A stretch of DNA of 52,837 bases. Origin: a virus. Lineage: Duplodnaviria; Caudoviricetes. A program made the position numbers and the translations under genes. How positions within the stretch are numbered: position 1 is the stretch's first letter; each line of letters starts with the position of its first letter. Under the pieces are notes generated by a model that was given only the letters and a program-made list of their open reading frames with translations, was not told the DNA's origin and searched no databases. Where the stretch lies: IMG/VR virus record IMGVR_UViG_3300044213_000047, positions 1 to 52,837 of that record. The stretch is one strand, 5' to 3'. Below are positions 18,381-25,374 of this stretch, piece by piece.

Positions 18381-18746
18381 TTATTGTTTAGACCACTCAG
18401 CAATCACCTTGCGATCTACACTTCTTTGTTCTCTTGTACCATATTTTGCTACCATGGCAACAATTCTTGGCACAATATACAACTGAAACATTCCATCATT
18501 GTTACGTTTCTTCTCAACATAACTGTATGGTTTACCAGCTAGATATGCTCTTGCTAATTCAGTGGCACGAGCTTCATTTCTAACATTCCACTTTCGATGA
18601 TTAGTCAAACTGTTTAATTTCCAGATAAGACTAGAATCAGTTCCTTTTGTATATTTTATCTGACCCTTGAGTTTGTTTTCTTCACGTTTGATGATAGATG
18701 GCTCAAGTGCCAAATGCTTTGCTTTAATTTTTAATTCGATACACAT
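18381..18746 (-). CDS. hypothetical protein
   Basis: LKIKAKHLA...VRNEARATELA...YSYVE; SD AAGGA. Confidence 0.65.
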   Translation of the reverse strand: MCIELKIKAKHLALEPSIIKREENKLKGQIKYTKGTDSSLIWKLNSLTNHRKWNVRNEARATELARAYLAGKPYSYVEKKRNNDGMFQLYIVPRIVAMVAKYGTREQRSVDRKVIAEWSKQ

Positions 18747-18857
18747 TTTAATTTCCTTTGTTGTTAATTTTAGAAACATAATAAAAAACAAAAGAAACCT
18801 TACGGTGGACGAATCTAGGCTGACAATTTCTCCATGTCGCTTCTCCTTATAAAAAGT

Positions 18858-18934
18858 TGGTGCGTTAGACAGGAATCGAACCTGCTTCAGTCTGGTTTAG
18901 AATCAGCTACCCTTACCAAGTGGGCTACTAACGC
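18858..18934 (-). tRNA. tRNA with CTA anticodon (amber-suppressor-like)
   Basis: Loop TTCTAAA; perfect acceptor and T stems; anticodon stem has two mismatches. Confidence 0.6.
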
Positions 18935-18948
18935 ATTTTATATATATC

Positions 18949-19023
18949 TGGCTCCAGAGGGTGGGATCGAACCACCGACCAATTGATTAACAGTCAACTG
19001 CACTACCGCTGTGCTACTCTGGA
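18949..19023 (-). tRNA. tRNA-Asn(GTT)
   Basis: Loop CTGTTAA. Confidence 0.9.
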
Positions 19024-19030
19024 ATAAAAC

Positions 19031-19105
19031 TGGCGACTCGTAGGAGAATCGAACTCCTGTGTCCTGCTAGACAGGCAGGCATAATAACCATTATATTAAC
19101 GAGCC
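19031..19105 (-). tRNA. tRNA-Asp(GTC)
   Basis: Loop CTGTCTA. Confidence 0.9.
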
Positions 19106-19111
19106 AAATTT

Positions 19112-19202
19112 TGGTGGACAACAATGGGAATCTAACCCACTTCTTCCTCGTATGCTATTACGAAGTTTCAGACCAGCATCAGGTCATCACAACAGTAAGT
19201 CC
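19112..19202 (-). ncRNA. aberrant tRNA-like RNA
   Basis: GGAC/GTCC-ACCA end and T-like arm, but no canonical 7-nt anticodon loop. Confidence 0.5.
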
Positions 19203-19212
19203 AAAATGTTTA

Positions 19213-19431
19213 TCAGTCAACCAAAAAACTAGAGTATTTTGGTTTGGTTATTTCTACCCATGCTTCAACACCTGGGTCGACCTCTTCAAACTGGTTTCCA
19301 TATGTAAACTCAAAACAACAATTTGCTGCTTGCCTGAAATTCTCGAAAACATACTTTTCGCCAGTTTTAGAATCCAACACCAATACATCATCAACACGGA
19401 GTTTGAATCTCTCAAAATGTTCATCAATCAT
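19213..19431 (-). CDS. hypothetical protein within tRNA array
   Basis: AGGAG SD before MIDEHF. Confidence 0.6.
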   Translation of the reverse strand: MIDEHFERFKLRVDDVLVLDSKTGEKYVFENFRQAANCCFEFTYGNQFEEVDPGVEAWVEITKPKYSSFLVD

Positions 19432-19476
19432 GATTGATCTCCTTGTTGCTATGTGTCTGATTATAAGTCCAAAATA

Positions 19477-19569
19477 TGGTGGAGCAACTTGGAGTCGAAC
19501 CAAGAATGTTTACCACGAGGGGACGGATTTACAGTCCGCCGATGCACACGCCATAGCATCAATTGCTCC
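19477..19569 (-). tRNA. tRNA-Tyr(GTA)
   Basis: Loop CTGTAAA, long variable arm. Confidence 0.85.
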
Positions 19570-19577
19570 GAAACTTT

Positions 19578-19776
19578 CCATTTGTTAGTGTTACTACGTT
19601 ATAGACAGCCTTCACCGTACTGCCGTTTGTTTTTAACGACCAAACTTATTTCCCAAGCGTCCAAGGGATCTTTGTTTGATAACAACTGTATACGTAGTCT
19701 ACTCGAGTTAACCACACATTGACAGATTCACTATCCTGCGATCACAGGAATTTTCCATAATAACACTAACAAATGG
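19578..19776 (-). ncRNA. unidentified ~200-nt structured RNA
   Basis: 16-bp perfect terminal inverted repeat CCATTTGTTAGTGTTA; several internal hairpins. Confidence 0.55.
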
Positions 19777-19848
19777 TACTGCGTACGAGAGTCGAACTCG
19801 TCTTCTCAGGTTGAAAACCTGATGTCCTAACCGATAGACGAACGCAGT
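19774..19848 (-). tRNA. tRNA-Glu(TTC)
   Basis: Loop TTTTCAA. Confidence 0.9.
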
Positions 19849-19866
19849 ATTAACTAACTAAACTCA

Positions 19867-19895
19867 ATTATACTTGATATTTAAATAAATGTCAA
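19867..19895 (-). promoter_or_regulatory. internal sigma70 promoter in tRNA array
   Basis: TTGACA-17-TATAAT. Confidence 0.85.
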
Positions 19896-19907
19896 GCATT
19901 ATTTTTT

Positions 19908-19981
19908 TGGAGTAGGTGACAAGAATCGAACTTGCTTCCATGGGTTTGCAATCCAGTGCCCATCCAACTGGCTCCACCTAC
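19908..19981 (-). tRNA. tRNA-Cys(GCA)
   Basis: Loop TTGCAAA, U73. Confidence 0.9.
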
Positions 19982-19987
19982 ATAACT

Positions 19988-20065
19988 TGGTACCTCTGCT
20001 GAGATTCGAACTCAGAGAACTTCTCCTTTTGAGAGAGACGACTTTACCAATTTGTCCACAGAGGC
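19988..20065 (-). tRNA. tRNA-Leu(CAA), short variable arm
   Basis: Loop CTCAAAA. Confidence 0.85.
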
Positions 20066-20070
20066 ATACT

Positions 20071-20146
20071 TGGCCTCGCCTGAAGGAATCGAACCCTCAT
20101 TCGTAGGGTAGAAACCTACTGTATTATCCATTATACTAAAGCGAGA
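20071..20146 (-). tRNA. tRNA-Arg(TCT)
   Basis: Loop TTTCTAC. Confidence 0.85.
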
Positions 20147-20150
20147 TAAT

Positions 20151-20227
20151 TGGTGCGGAAGGCGAGACTCGAACTCGCAGAACTCAGATTTTAAGTCTGA
20201 TATGTATACCAATTCCATCACATCCGC
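20151..20227 (-). tRNA. tRNA-Leu(TAA), short variable arm
   Basis: Loop CTTAAAA. Confidence 0.85.
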
Positions 20228-20233
20228 AAAATT

Positions 20234-20328
20234 TGGTACTCCCGACAGGATTCGAACCTGTATCATCCCCTAATCTGGAGGCATTGCCGAGGTATAAGCT
20301 CGGAGTTTTACCATTAAACTACAGGAGT
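20234..20328 (-). tRNA. tRNA with TAT anticodon (Ile) and long variable arm
   Basis: CCGAG-CTTATAC-CTCGG plus ~24-nt extra arm. Confidence 0.75.
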
Positions 20329-20398
20329 ATGGCTCCGTCATATTTTTTATTTTAACAGGGCGAGAACGGAAGCACCCCTGATTAGCTGCAGCGCAACT

Positions 20399-20488
20399 TG
20401 GTGGAGAGTGTGGGAGTCGAACCCACTGACCGTATTCCTACGATCTACAGTTTAGCAAACTGCTGCATTACCATCCTGCCCACTCTCC
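20399..20488 (-). tRNA. tRNA-Ser(GCT)
   Basis: Loop TTGCTAA, long arm. Confidence 0.9.
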
Positions 20489-21055
20489 TTAATAGTTACC
20501 ATTCTTGAAACCCACAGTACCACCCTGCTCCTGAATCCTTTTTAGAACTTCTTCAAAAAGGATGGGTCTGAACTCAGTTTGCTCTACGCACACAGAGAAG
20601 TACCGTGGATCAATTATCTCACCCATTTTCTTATCATCATACATAACTCTGTTGCTATGTAAGTGACCATGAATGTTGCAACCGAATCGTCTTAGTTGAT
20701 CAGGATGAACAGGGATGTGAGAAAGAATTAAACCATTCATAACATGGTAAGCACGAATGTCTCTAAAGTATTTGGTATAATCCTCTAACTTAAAGATATC
20801 GTGGTTACCTTTGATTAAAACCTTATCACCATTCAGACGATGCATAATGTGTAACGATTTTCTGTTAATCACAACATCACCTAAGTGGTAAACCTTATCG
20901 TTGGGTTTAACTGTTTCGTTCCACAGTTTAACCATTGCTTCATCCATTTCTTCAACAGAATCCCAAGGACGAAGTTTCGTACCATCCGCACGCAAGAACT
21001 TAGTCACACCAGCGTGACCAAAGTGCGTATCGCTTACTAAGAATACACTCGGCAT
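20489..21055 (-). CDS. calcineurin-like metallophosphoesterase
   Basis: SDTHFGH, HLGD, GNHD, HGHLH. Confidence 0.9.
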   Translation of the reverse strand: MPSVFLVSDTHFGHAGVTKFLRADGTKLRPWDSVEEMDEAMVKLWNETVKPNDKVYHLGDVVINRKSLHIMHRLNGDKVLIKGNHDIFKLEDYTKYFRDIRAYHVMNGLILSHIPVHPDQLRRFGCNIHGHLHSNRVMYDDKKMGEIIDPRYFSVCVEQTEFRPILFEEVLKRIQEQGGTVGFKNGNY

Positions 21056-21077
21056 AACTTTTCCTTTCATAAAAAAA

Positions 21078-21169
21078 TGGAGGAGACGGTGGGATTCGAA
21101 CCCACGGAGCTATCTCTAACCCGACAGTTTTCAAGACTGTTGCCATAAACCAGACTCGACCACGTCTCC
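21078..21169 (-). tRNA. tRNA-Ser(TGA)
   Basis: Loop CTTGAAA, long arm. Confidence 0.9.
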
Positions 21170-21175
21170 ATAACT

Positions 21176-21250
21176 TGGCACCCAATGAGAGAATCAAACT
21201 CCCAACCCAGCGTTCGTAGCACTGTGTGATATTCATTTCACCAATCGGGT
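21176..21250 (-). tRNA. tRNA-Arg(ACG)
   Basis: Loop CTACGAA. Confidence 0.85.
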
Positions 21251-21256
21251 ATAACT

Positions 21257-21331
21257 TGGTACCTTGTGACAGATTCGAACTGCCGACATCCCACTTGTAA
21301 GGAGGGAGCTCTACCACTGAGCTAACAAGGC
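21257..21331 (-). tRNA. tRNA-Val(TAC)
   Basis: Loop CTTACAA. Confidence 0.9.
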
Positions 21332-21333
21332 AT

Positions 21334-21409
21334 TGGAGCGGGAGACGAGGTTCGAACTCGCGACATCTTGCTTGGCAAGCAAGCTCTCTACCAACTGAGA
21401 TACTCCCGC
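21334..21409 (-). tRNA. tRNA-Gly(GCC)
   Basis: Loop TTGCCAA. Confidence 0.9.
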
Positions 21410-21418
21410 ATAAAAATT

Positions 21419-21493
21419 TGGTGGACCGTAAGAGAATCGAACTCTTACCTCTGACGTGCAAAGCCAGCGTGCTCCCATTATCACTAACAGCCC
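21419..21493 (-). tRNA. tRNA-Ala(TGC)
   Basis: Loop TTTGCAC, G3:U70. Confidence 0.9.
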
Positions 21494-21498
21494 AAAAC

Positions 21499-21572
21499 TG
21501 GTCTCGGTGGAAAGAATCGAACTTTCGACACATGGTCCCAAACCACGAATTTTACCACTAAACTACACCGAG
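21499..21572 (-). tRNA. tRNA-Pro(TGG)
   Basis: Loop TTTGGGA. Confidence 0.9.
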
Positions 21573-21578
21573 AAAAAC

Positions 21579-21652
21579 TGGTGCCCCACGACAGAATCGA
21601 ACTGCCGTATTCGGATTACAAAACCGACGTAATACCATTATACGAGTAGGGC
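21579..21652 (-). tRNA. tRNA-Thr(TGT)
   Basis: Loop TTTGTAA. Confidence 0.9.
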
Positions 21653-21659
21653 GAAAACT

Positions 21660-21734
21660 TGGTCCCTTAGGTAAGAATTGAACTTACTACCAATGCCTTA
21701 TCAAGACACTGCTCTACCAATGAGCTACTAAGGG
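21660..21734 (-). tRNA. tRNA-Ile(GAT)
   Basis: Loop TTGATAA. Confidence 0.9.
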
Positions 21735-21742
21735 ATAATATT

Positions 21743-21818
21743 TGGTGCAACCTGCAGGAATCGAACCTGCTTCATCGGATTTTCAATCCGCTGCTATGAC
21801 CACATCAGCTAAGGTTAC
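21743..21818 (-). tRNA. tRNA-Phe(GAA)
   Basis: Loop TTGAAAA. Confidence 0.9.
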
Positions 21819-21820
21819 AT

Positions 21821-21896
21821 TGGGGTGAACTATGAGGATCGAACTCATACTATCTCGGTCACAGCGAGATGTGCAGACCACTACACTAAGAACACC
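21821..21896 (-). tRNA. tRNA-His(GTG)
   Basis: Loop CTGTGAC, G-1:C73. Confidence 0.9.
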
Positions 21897-21904
21897 ATCG
21901 AAAC

Positions 21905-21980
21905 TGGTACGGGTAGAGAGACTCGAACTCTCAACTTCCTGGTTAAAAGCCAGATACTCTACCAATTGAGTTATACCCGC
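21905..21980 (-). tRNA. tRNA-Lys(TTT)
   Basis: Loop CTTTTAA. Confidence 0.9.
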
Positions 21981-21984
21981 ATTA

Positions 21985-22207
21985 CCAAACAAAATCACAC
22001 TGGGATGATCAGCAGTAACCATCACCCGATGGCTAACCACGTATTCGTCATACGACTGACCGCATCTCACATTACGATCTAGATTACTCCAGCGTCCTCC
22101 TGATATTATCTCAAGGTTTCTTGATATCATGGCGCACCCATCTCCGTCGAGACAGCTAATGCCCATGTACCCTACTGGATCTAGCAACCCAATGCAATTT
22201 TGTTTGG
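21985..22207 (-). ncRNA. unidentified ~220-nt structured RNA
   Basis: 11-bp terminal inverted repeat CCAAACAAAAT plus further imperfect pairing; GC-rich hairpins. Confidence 0.55.
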
Positions 22208-22281
22208 CACCCCCTGATGGATTCGAACCACCGCATGACGGAATCAAAATCCGTTGCCTTACCAGCTTGGCGAAGAGGGTA
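22205..22281 (-). tRNA. tRNA-Gln(TTG)
   Basis: Loop TTTTGAT. Confidence 0.9.
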
Positions 22282-22337
22282 CAGAGTCCTAATTGTTAAA
22301 GATCGTTTGGTTGACAATTCAATCAACCAGAACTTGA

Positions 22338-22366
22338 AGTATACGCTTAATTAGCATTTACGTCAA
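22338..22366 (-). promoter_or_regulatory. sigma70 promoter directly ahead of first tRNA
   Basis: TTGACG-17-TATACT. Confidence 0.7.
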
Positions 22367-22402
22367 GCTCTTTTTTAATAACCATACAAACTGTAAGGTC
22401 AT

Positions 22403-22437
22403 AAAACAAAAAACCCCAAGACTTTCATCTTGGGGTT
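22403..22437 (-). terminator. intrinsic terminator (candidate attenuator)
   Basis: AACCCCAAGA-TGAAAG-TCTTGGGGTT-TTTTGTTTT. Confidence 0.85.
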
Positions 22438-22481
22438 CTGTAAAATATACTTGTTGTTTTCAGTCTACTTTACAGAACCCC
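22432..22481 (-). promoter_or_regulatory. antiterminator hairpin overlapping the terminator 5' arm
   Basis: GGGGTTCTGTAAA (22481-22469) pairs perfectly with TTTACAGAACCCC (22444-22432). Confidence 0.75.
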
Positions 22482-22578
22482 CAGTGTAATCAATCGCTGT
22501 AAACTCTGGGCGTGAGCATGTCCAGCCACTATTAAGTGGTAAATGCTTCTGCATTCTGGATATGTTCGTCAAGTTCAT
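22465..22578 (-). CDS. 37-aa leader peptide containing all 20 amino acids
   Basis: MNLTNISRMQKHLPLNSGWTCSRPEFTAIDYTGGSVK-TAG; ATG 7 nt after -10 box. Confidence 0.7.
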   Translation of the reverse strand: MNLTNISRMQKHLPLNSGWTCSRPEFTAIDYTGGSVK

Positions 22579-22585
22579 AGTAGAA

Positions 22586-22614
22586 ATTATACTTCCGTTT
22601 TGATTAAATGTCAA
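22586..22614 (-). promoter_or_regulatory. sigma70 promoter of leader peptide
   Basis: TTGACA-17-TATAAT. Confidence 0.85.
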
Positions 22615-22674
22615 GTAGTTTATTAAATAACCCTACAATTTGTAAGGTTACTCCCTATCAATGTATTTAGTCAT

Positions 22675-22703
22675 ATTATACACGCAAAATGACTAAATGT
22701 CAA
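22675..22703 (-). promoter_or_regulatory. tandem upstream sigma70 promoter, followed by CTAAATA late-like box
   Basis: TTGACA-17-TATAAT; late box at 22664-22670. Confidence 0.8.
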
Positions 22704-22720
22704 ATTATTTTCAATTATTT

Positions 22721-23023
22721 TTATGCTGCGAAGGAAGATCCGCAACCACAAGTTGCAGTTGCGTTTGGATTGGAAACTTTGAAAGAAGCACCCATCAACT
22801 CTTCAACGTAGTCAACAGTGGCACCTTGTAGATATTGCATACTCATAGCATCAACAAGAACAGAACCGAGTTCAAAATCATCTTCTTCTTTGTCACCAAA
22901 GTTAAATGCATAAGAAAACCCTGAACAACCACCACCCTGAACCGAGATTCTCAAGTGCGTTTCTTGGTTTTCCAATAACAAATCGGAAATTTTATTTTGT
23001 GCGCTTTCTGTTACTGTTATCAT
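22721..23023 (-). CDS. A-type Fe-S carrier (IscA/ErpA, HesB family)
   Basis: GGGCSGFSY, CGCGSSF. Confidence 0.92.
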   Translation of the reverse strand: MITVTESAQNKISDLLLENQETHLRISVQGGGCSGFSYAFNFGDKEEDDFELGSVLVDAMSMQYLQGATVDYVEELMGASFKVSNPNATATCGCGSSFAA

Positions 23024-23571
23024 TTTTCTTTTCTTTGCGATGATACGTTTGTAGATGAAACATTAGTTGCAACACAAATCCTAGTTTCGGTAGATCTGTT
23101 AATTTCAACCATATGTAAAAGATATGCTGGGAATAGAACAATTTTACCTGATACTGGTTTTATCCGTTTGTGTTTAACACCAATGACATTATTTTCAACT
23201 GCAATATCCCAATTATGACTACCTCTTGGATCTACCAACAGTAAATCTCCACAATTATCTGGAGCATTAACATAATAAACGCAAGCTAAAACAGTAACAC
23301 CATGATCATGTATTGGTAACGACTCCATGGGTTTTTGCCTATTTATCCACCCACGCATAATAACTGGTTCAATACCAACACATTCTTTAACTGTAGAAAA
23401 AATAAGATCTTTTAGAGAAGAAATTCTTGGAGAAGAATAATTCCAAAGATTAAACGAAGAACCATCAGAACTTTTACAATTATTAAGTTCTGAGAGTAAT
23501 GCACTGTTGTTAAAATCTGTTTGTATCTCCCAAACTGGAGTAACCCAGAATTCGTGTTTAACTGCGTTCAT
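23020..23571 (-). CDS. putative 2OG-Fe(II) oxygenase (TIGR02466-like)
   Basis: WIN, HDH, DPRG, FPAYLLHMV, RICVATN. Confidence 0.8.
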   Translation of the reverse strand: MNAVKHEFWVTPVWEIQTDFNNSALLSELNNCKSSDGSSFNLWNYSSPRISSLKDLIFSTVKECVGIEPVIMRGWINRQKPMESLPIHDHGVTVLACVYYVNAPDNCGDLLLVDPRGSHNWDIAVENNVIGVKHKRIKPVSGKIVLFPAYLLHMVEINRSTETRICVATNVSSTNVSSQRKEK

Positions 23572-24001
23572 TCGTTTTCTCTACTTCAATACCACATTTC
23601 TCAAGAAACTCAATTCCGCTGGTGTCGCGATATGAATTTCTGTAATACACTTTATGTATTCCTGATCCGTAAATCATCTTGGCGCATTGAACACAAGGAG
23701 CATGAGTGCAGAATAAACTAGCGTGTAAACCAGACTCACCATCACGAGCGAGTTTACCAATGGCATTCGCTTCTGCATGAATAACCTCATCCTTCGTTTT
23801 CGTGACTGTACCACCGTCCTCATGCACTTCAATAATTTCTTCACAGCAATTATCCCAACCAGCTGGAGTTCCATTGTATCCAATAGAGATAATTCGATTG
23901 TCTTTTACAACAACTGAACCAACCTTTAAACGAACAGCAGAAGACAGCTGAGCAAATCTCTCAGCTGTATCCATAAACGCATCAATCCACTTCTGTTTCA
24001 T
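23558..24001 (-). CDS. cd: dCMP deaminase
   Basis: GYNG, HAEANAI, PCVQC. Confidence 0.92.
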   Translation of the reverse strand: MKQKWIDAFMDTAERFAQLSSAVRLKVGSVVVKDNRIISIGYNGTPAGWDNCCEEIIEVHEDGGTVTKTKDEVIHAEANAIGKLARDGESGLHASLFCTHAPCVQCAKMIYGSGIHKVYYRNSYRDTSGIEFLEKCGIEVEKTNERS

Positions 24002-24479
24002 CAAACTCGCCATCCTCTTTCAACATATTATGATAATCAATCAAACCAGCGAATTCTTCAATGTCACTTGGGATTGCTTCGAGTTCTTCCAAATTTGAAA
24101 TGTCGTATTCATAAAACTCTTCGGTACCTTCGATCCAGCTACCACAAAACCCAACTCCTGGTTCGTGGTAATATGCTTCTACATTCCAACCTTCTTCATA
24201 AAGAAATTCATAAAGATTAACTGGTGGCGACCAAGCAGTTTCAAAACTAATCCAAATTGTATGGTCATCTTCTCGATTGAAGTCGACCAAAGTCATGTCC
24301 CATTTAGTTCCCCAATTTTCAACAGACCAGTTGTAATCCCACTCACCTGATGGGTTTGGACGTAATAGTTGGAAAACCCCATCACCCTCTTTGTTTGAGA
24401 GTTCTTTCTCTAGAGCATCAATCGCTTCTTTGTCTTGGAATGTAAGACGAACACTGTTATCGCACCAATTAGGCATCAC
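23982..24479 (-). CDS. YubB/DUF1281 ferredoxin-like domain protein
   Basis: MPNWCDN, WGTKWD, FETAWSPP. Confidence 0.75.
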   Translation of the reverse strand: MMPNWCDNSVRLTFQDKEAIDALEKELSNKEGDGVFQLLRPNPSGEWDYNWSVENWGTKWDMTLVDFNREDDHTIWISFETAWSPPVNLYEFLYEEGWNVEAYYHEPGVGFCGSWIEGTEEFYEYDISNLEELEAIPSDIEEFAGLIDYHNMLKEDGEFDETEVD

Positions 24480-24504
24480 ACTTCTCCATTATATAAAATA
24501 AAAA

Positions 24505-24810
24505 TCAATGTTGGTAACAGAAAGTTCCGCTACGCCAAATTCCTTGGGAATCTTGAAACGAACGTTGTTCGCATGTTTGATTTTGTTGAACGACAACAGG
24601 TGGTTGCTGAACGATCACTGGTTGTTGTTGGACATACACAGTTGGTGGAACAGTATAACCATATGGTCCATAGTAATATCTCGGTTGAGCTAATGAATAT
24701 CCAACAATACCACCAATCAACGCTGGTCCAACCCAATGTTGGGCACGTGCTTCAGCTGAAGCAGTCAACAGAGAACCAACAGCAAGTATACTTACAAGAA
24801 TCTTTTTCAT
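24505..24810 (-). CDS. secreted/membrane Gln-Pro-rich protein
   Basis: Signal peptide, glycine-zipper-like helix. Confidence 0.6.
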   Translation of the reverse strand: MKKILVSILAVGSLLTASAEARAQHWVGPALIGGIVGYSLAQPRYYYGPYGYTVPPTVYVQQQPVIVQQPPVVVQQNQTCEQRSFQDSQGIWRSGTFCYQH

Positions 24811-24836
24811 AGTGACCTTCCTATCTTTATAAGACT

Positions 24837-24865
24837 ATTATACCCTATTTATGTTTAAATGTCAA
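24837..24865 (-). promoter_or_regulatory. sigma70 promoter
   Basis: TTGACA-17-TATAAT. Confidence 0.85.
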
Positions 24866-24906
24866 TACCCTAAAGATCCTCTTCCAGTAAGGCTCCGATA
24901 CTTTCT

Positions 24907-25374
24907 TTAGGTATCGCTCTTCCCAGTTTTCGGAGCCACTTGTTTTTTTGCAGGTGGCTTCTTTGCTGCTGGTGGTTCAACAGTAATAAACCCATTGTCA
25001 TATGCAAGTTTGTGTGTAATTTTTGGATACAACTTGGATAGAGTTTGATCTTTAACAGCGAGAATCATCTTGGCTTCAAGTGGATGAATACCCTCAAGGA
25101 ATCCGATGAATAGACCCTCACGTTTTAATGGTGTCAAATCTGTACGACAGAAAACATAGAGACGACGCAACTCTTGATAGAGATTTGCTGGTGTCATTCC
25201 CAGTGGTTCTGGTGTTGGAGTGAAAGGAGGATCTCCTTCAGGAAGAACGAACTTCTTCGCAGGATCAAACGCATATTCGAAAATAATCTTAAGTGCGTTG
25301 TTACCTTTATACTTTTCAATCGCCTTTGGATCGGCATTGATCTCATCAAAAATTTCAGTGATTGGCTTAGCCAT
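24907..25374 (-). CDS. conserved T4-like hypothetical protein
   Basis: LPEGDPPF, KRE.LFI..LEGIHP.EA. Confidence 0.7.
   Translation of the reverse strand: MAKPITEIFDEINADPKAIEKYKGNNALKIIFEYAFDPAKKFVLPEGDPPFTPTPEPLGMTPANLYQELRRLYVFCRTDLTPLKREGLFIGFLEGIHPLEAKMILAVKDQTLSKLYPKITHKLAYDNGFITVEPPAAKKPPAKKQVAPKTGKSDT

Noticed and set aside
19112-19202. Hammerhead ribozyme or tRNA-Sec
   Set aside because: Has GTGATGA rather than CTGANGA, no stem III/UH geometry, and no TCA anticodon.
17871-22207. RNase P RNA or tmRNA identity for the structured spacers
   Set aside because: I could not find GAGGAAAGUCC or a GGGG...CCACCA tmRNA frame with tag ORF; they are also short for these RNAs.
20012-22247. ORF-track entries 20012-20266, 21000-21533, 21311-21541, 21783-22247, 21825-22082
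   Set aside because: They run across tRNA genes and structured RNA; chance frames.
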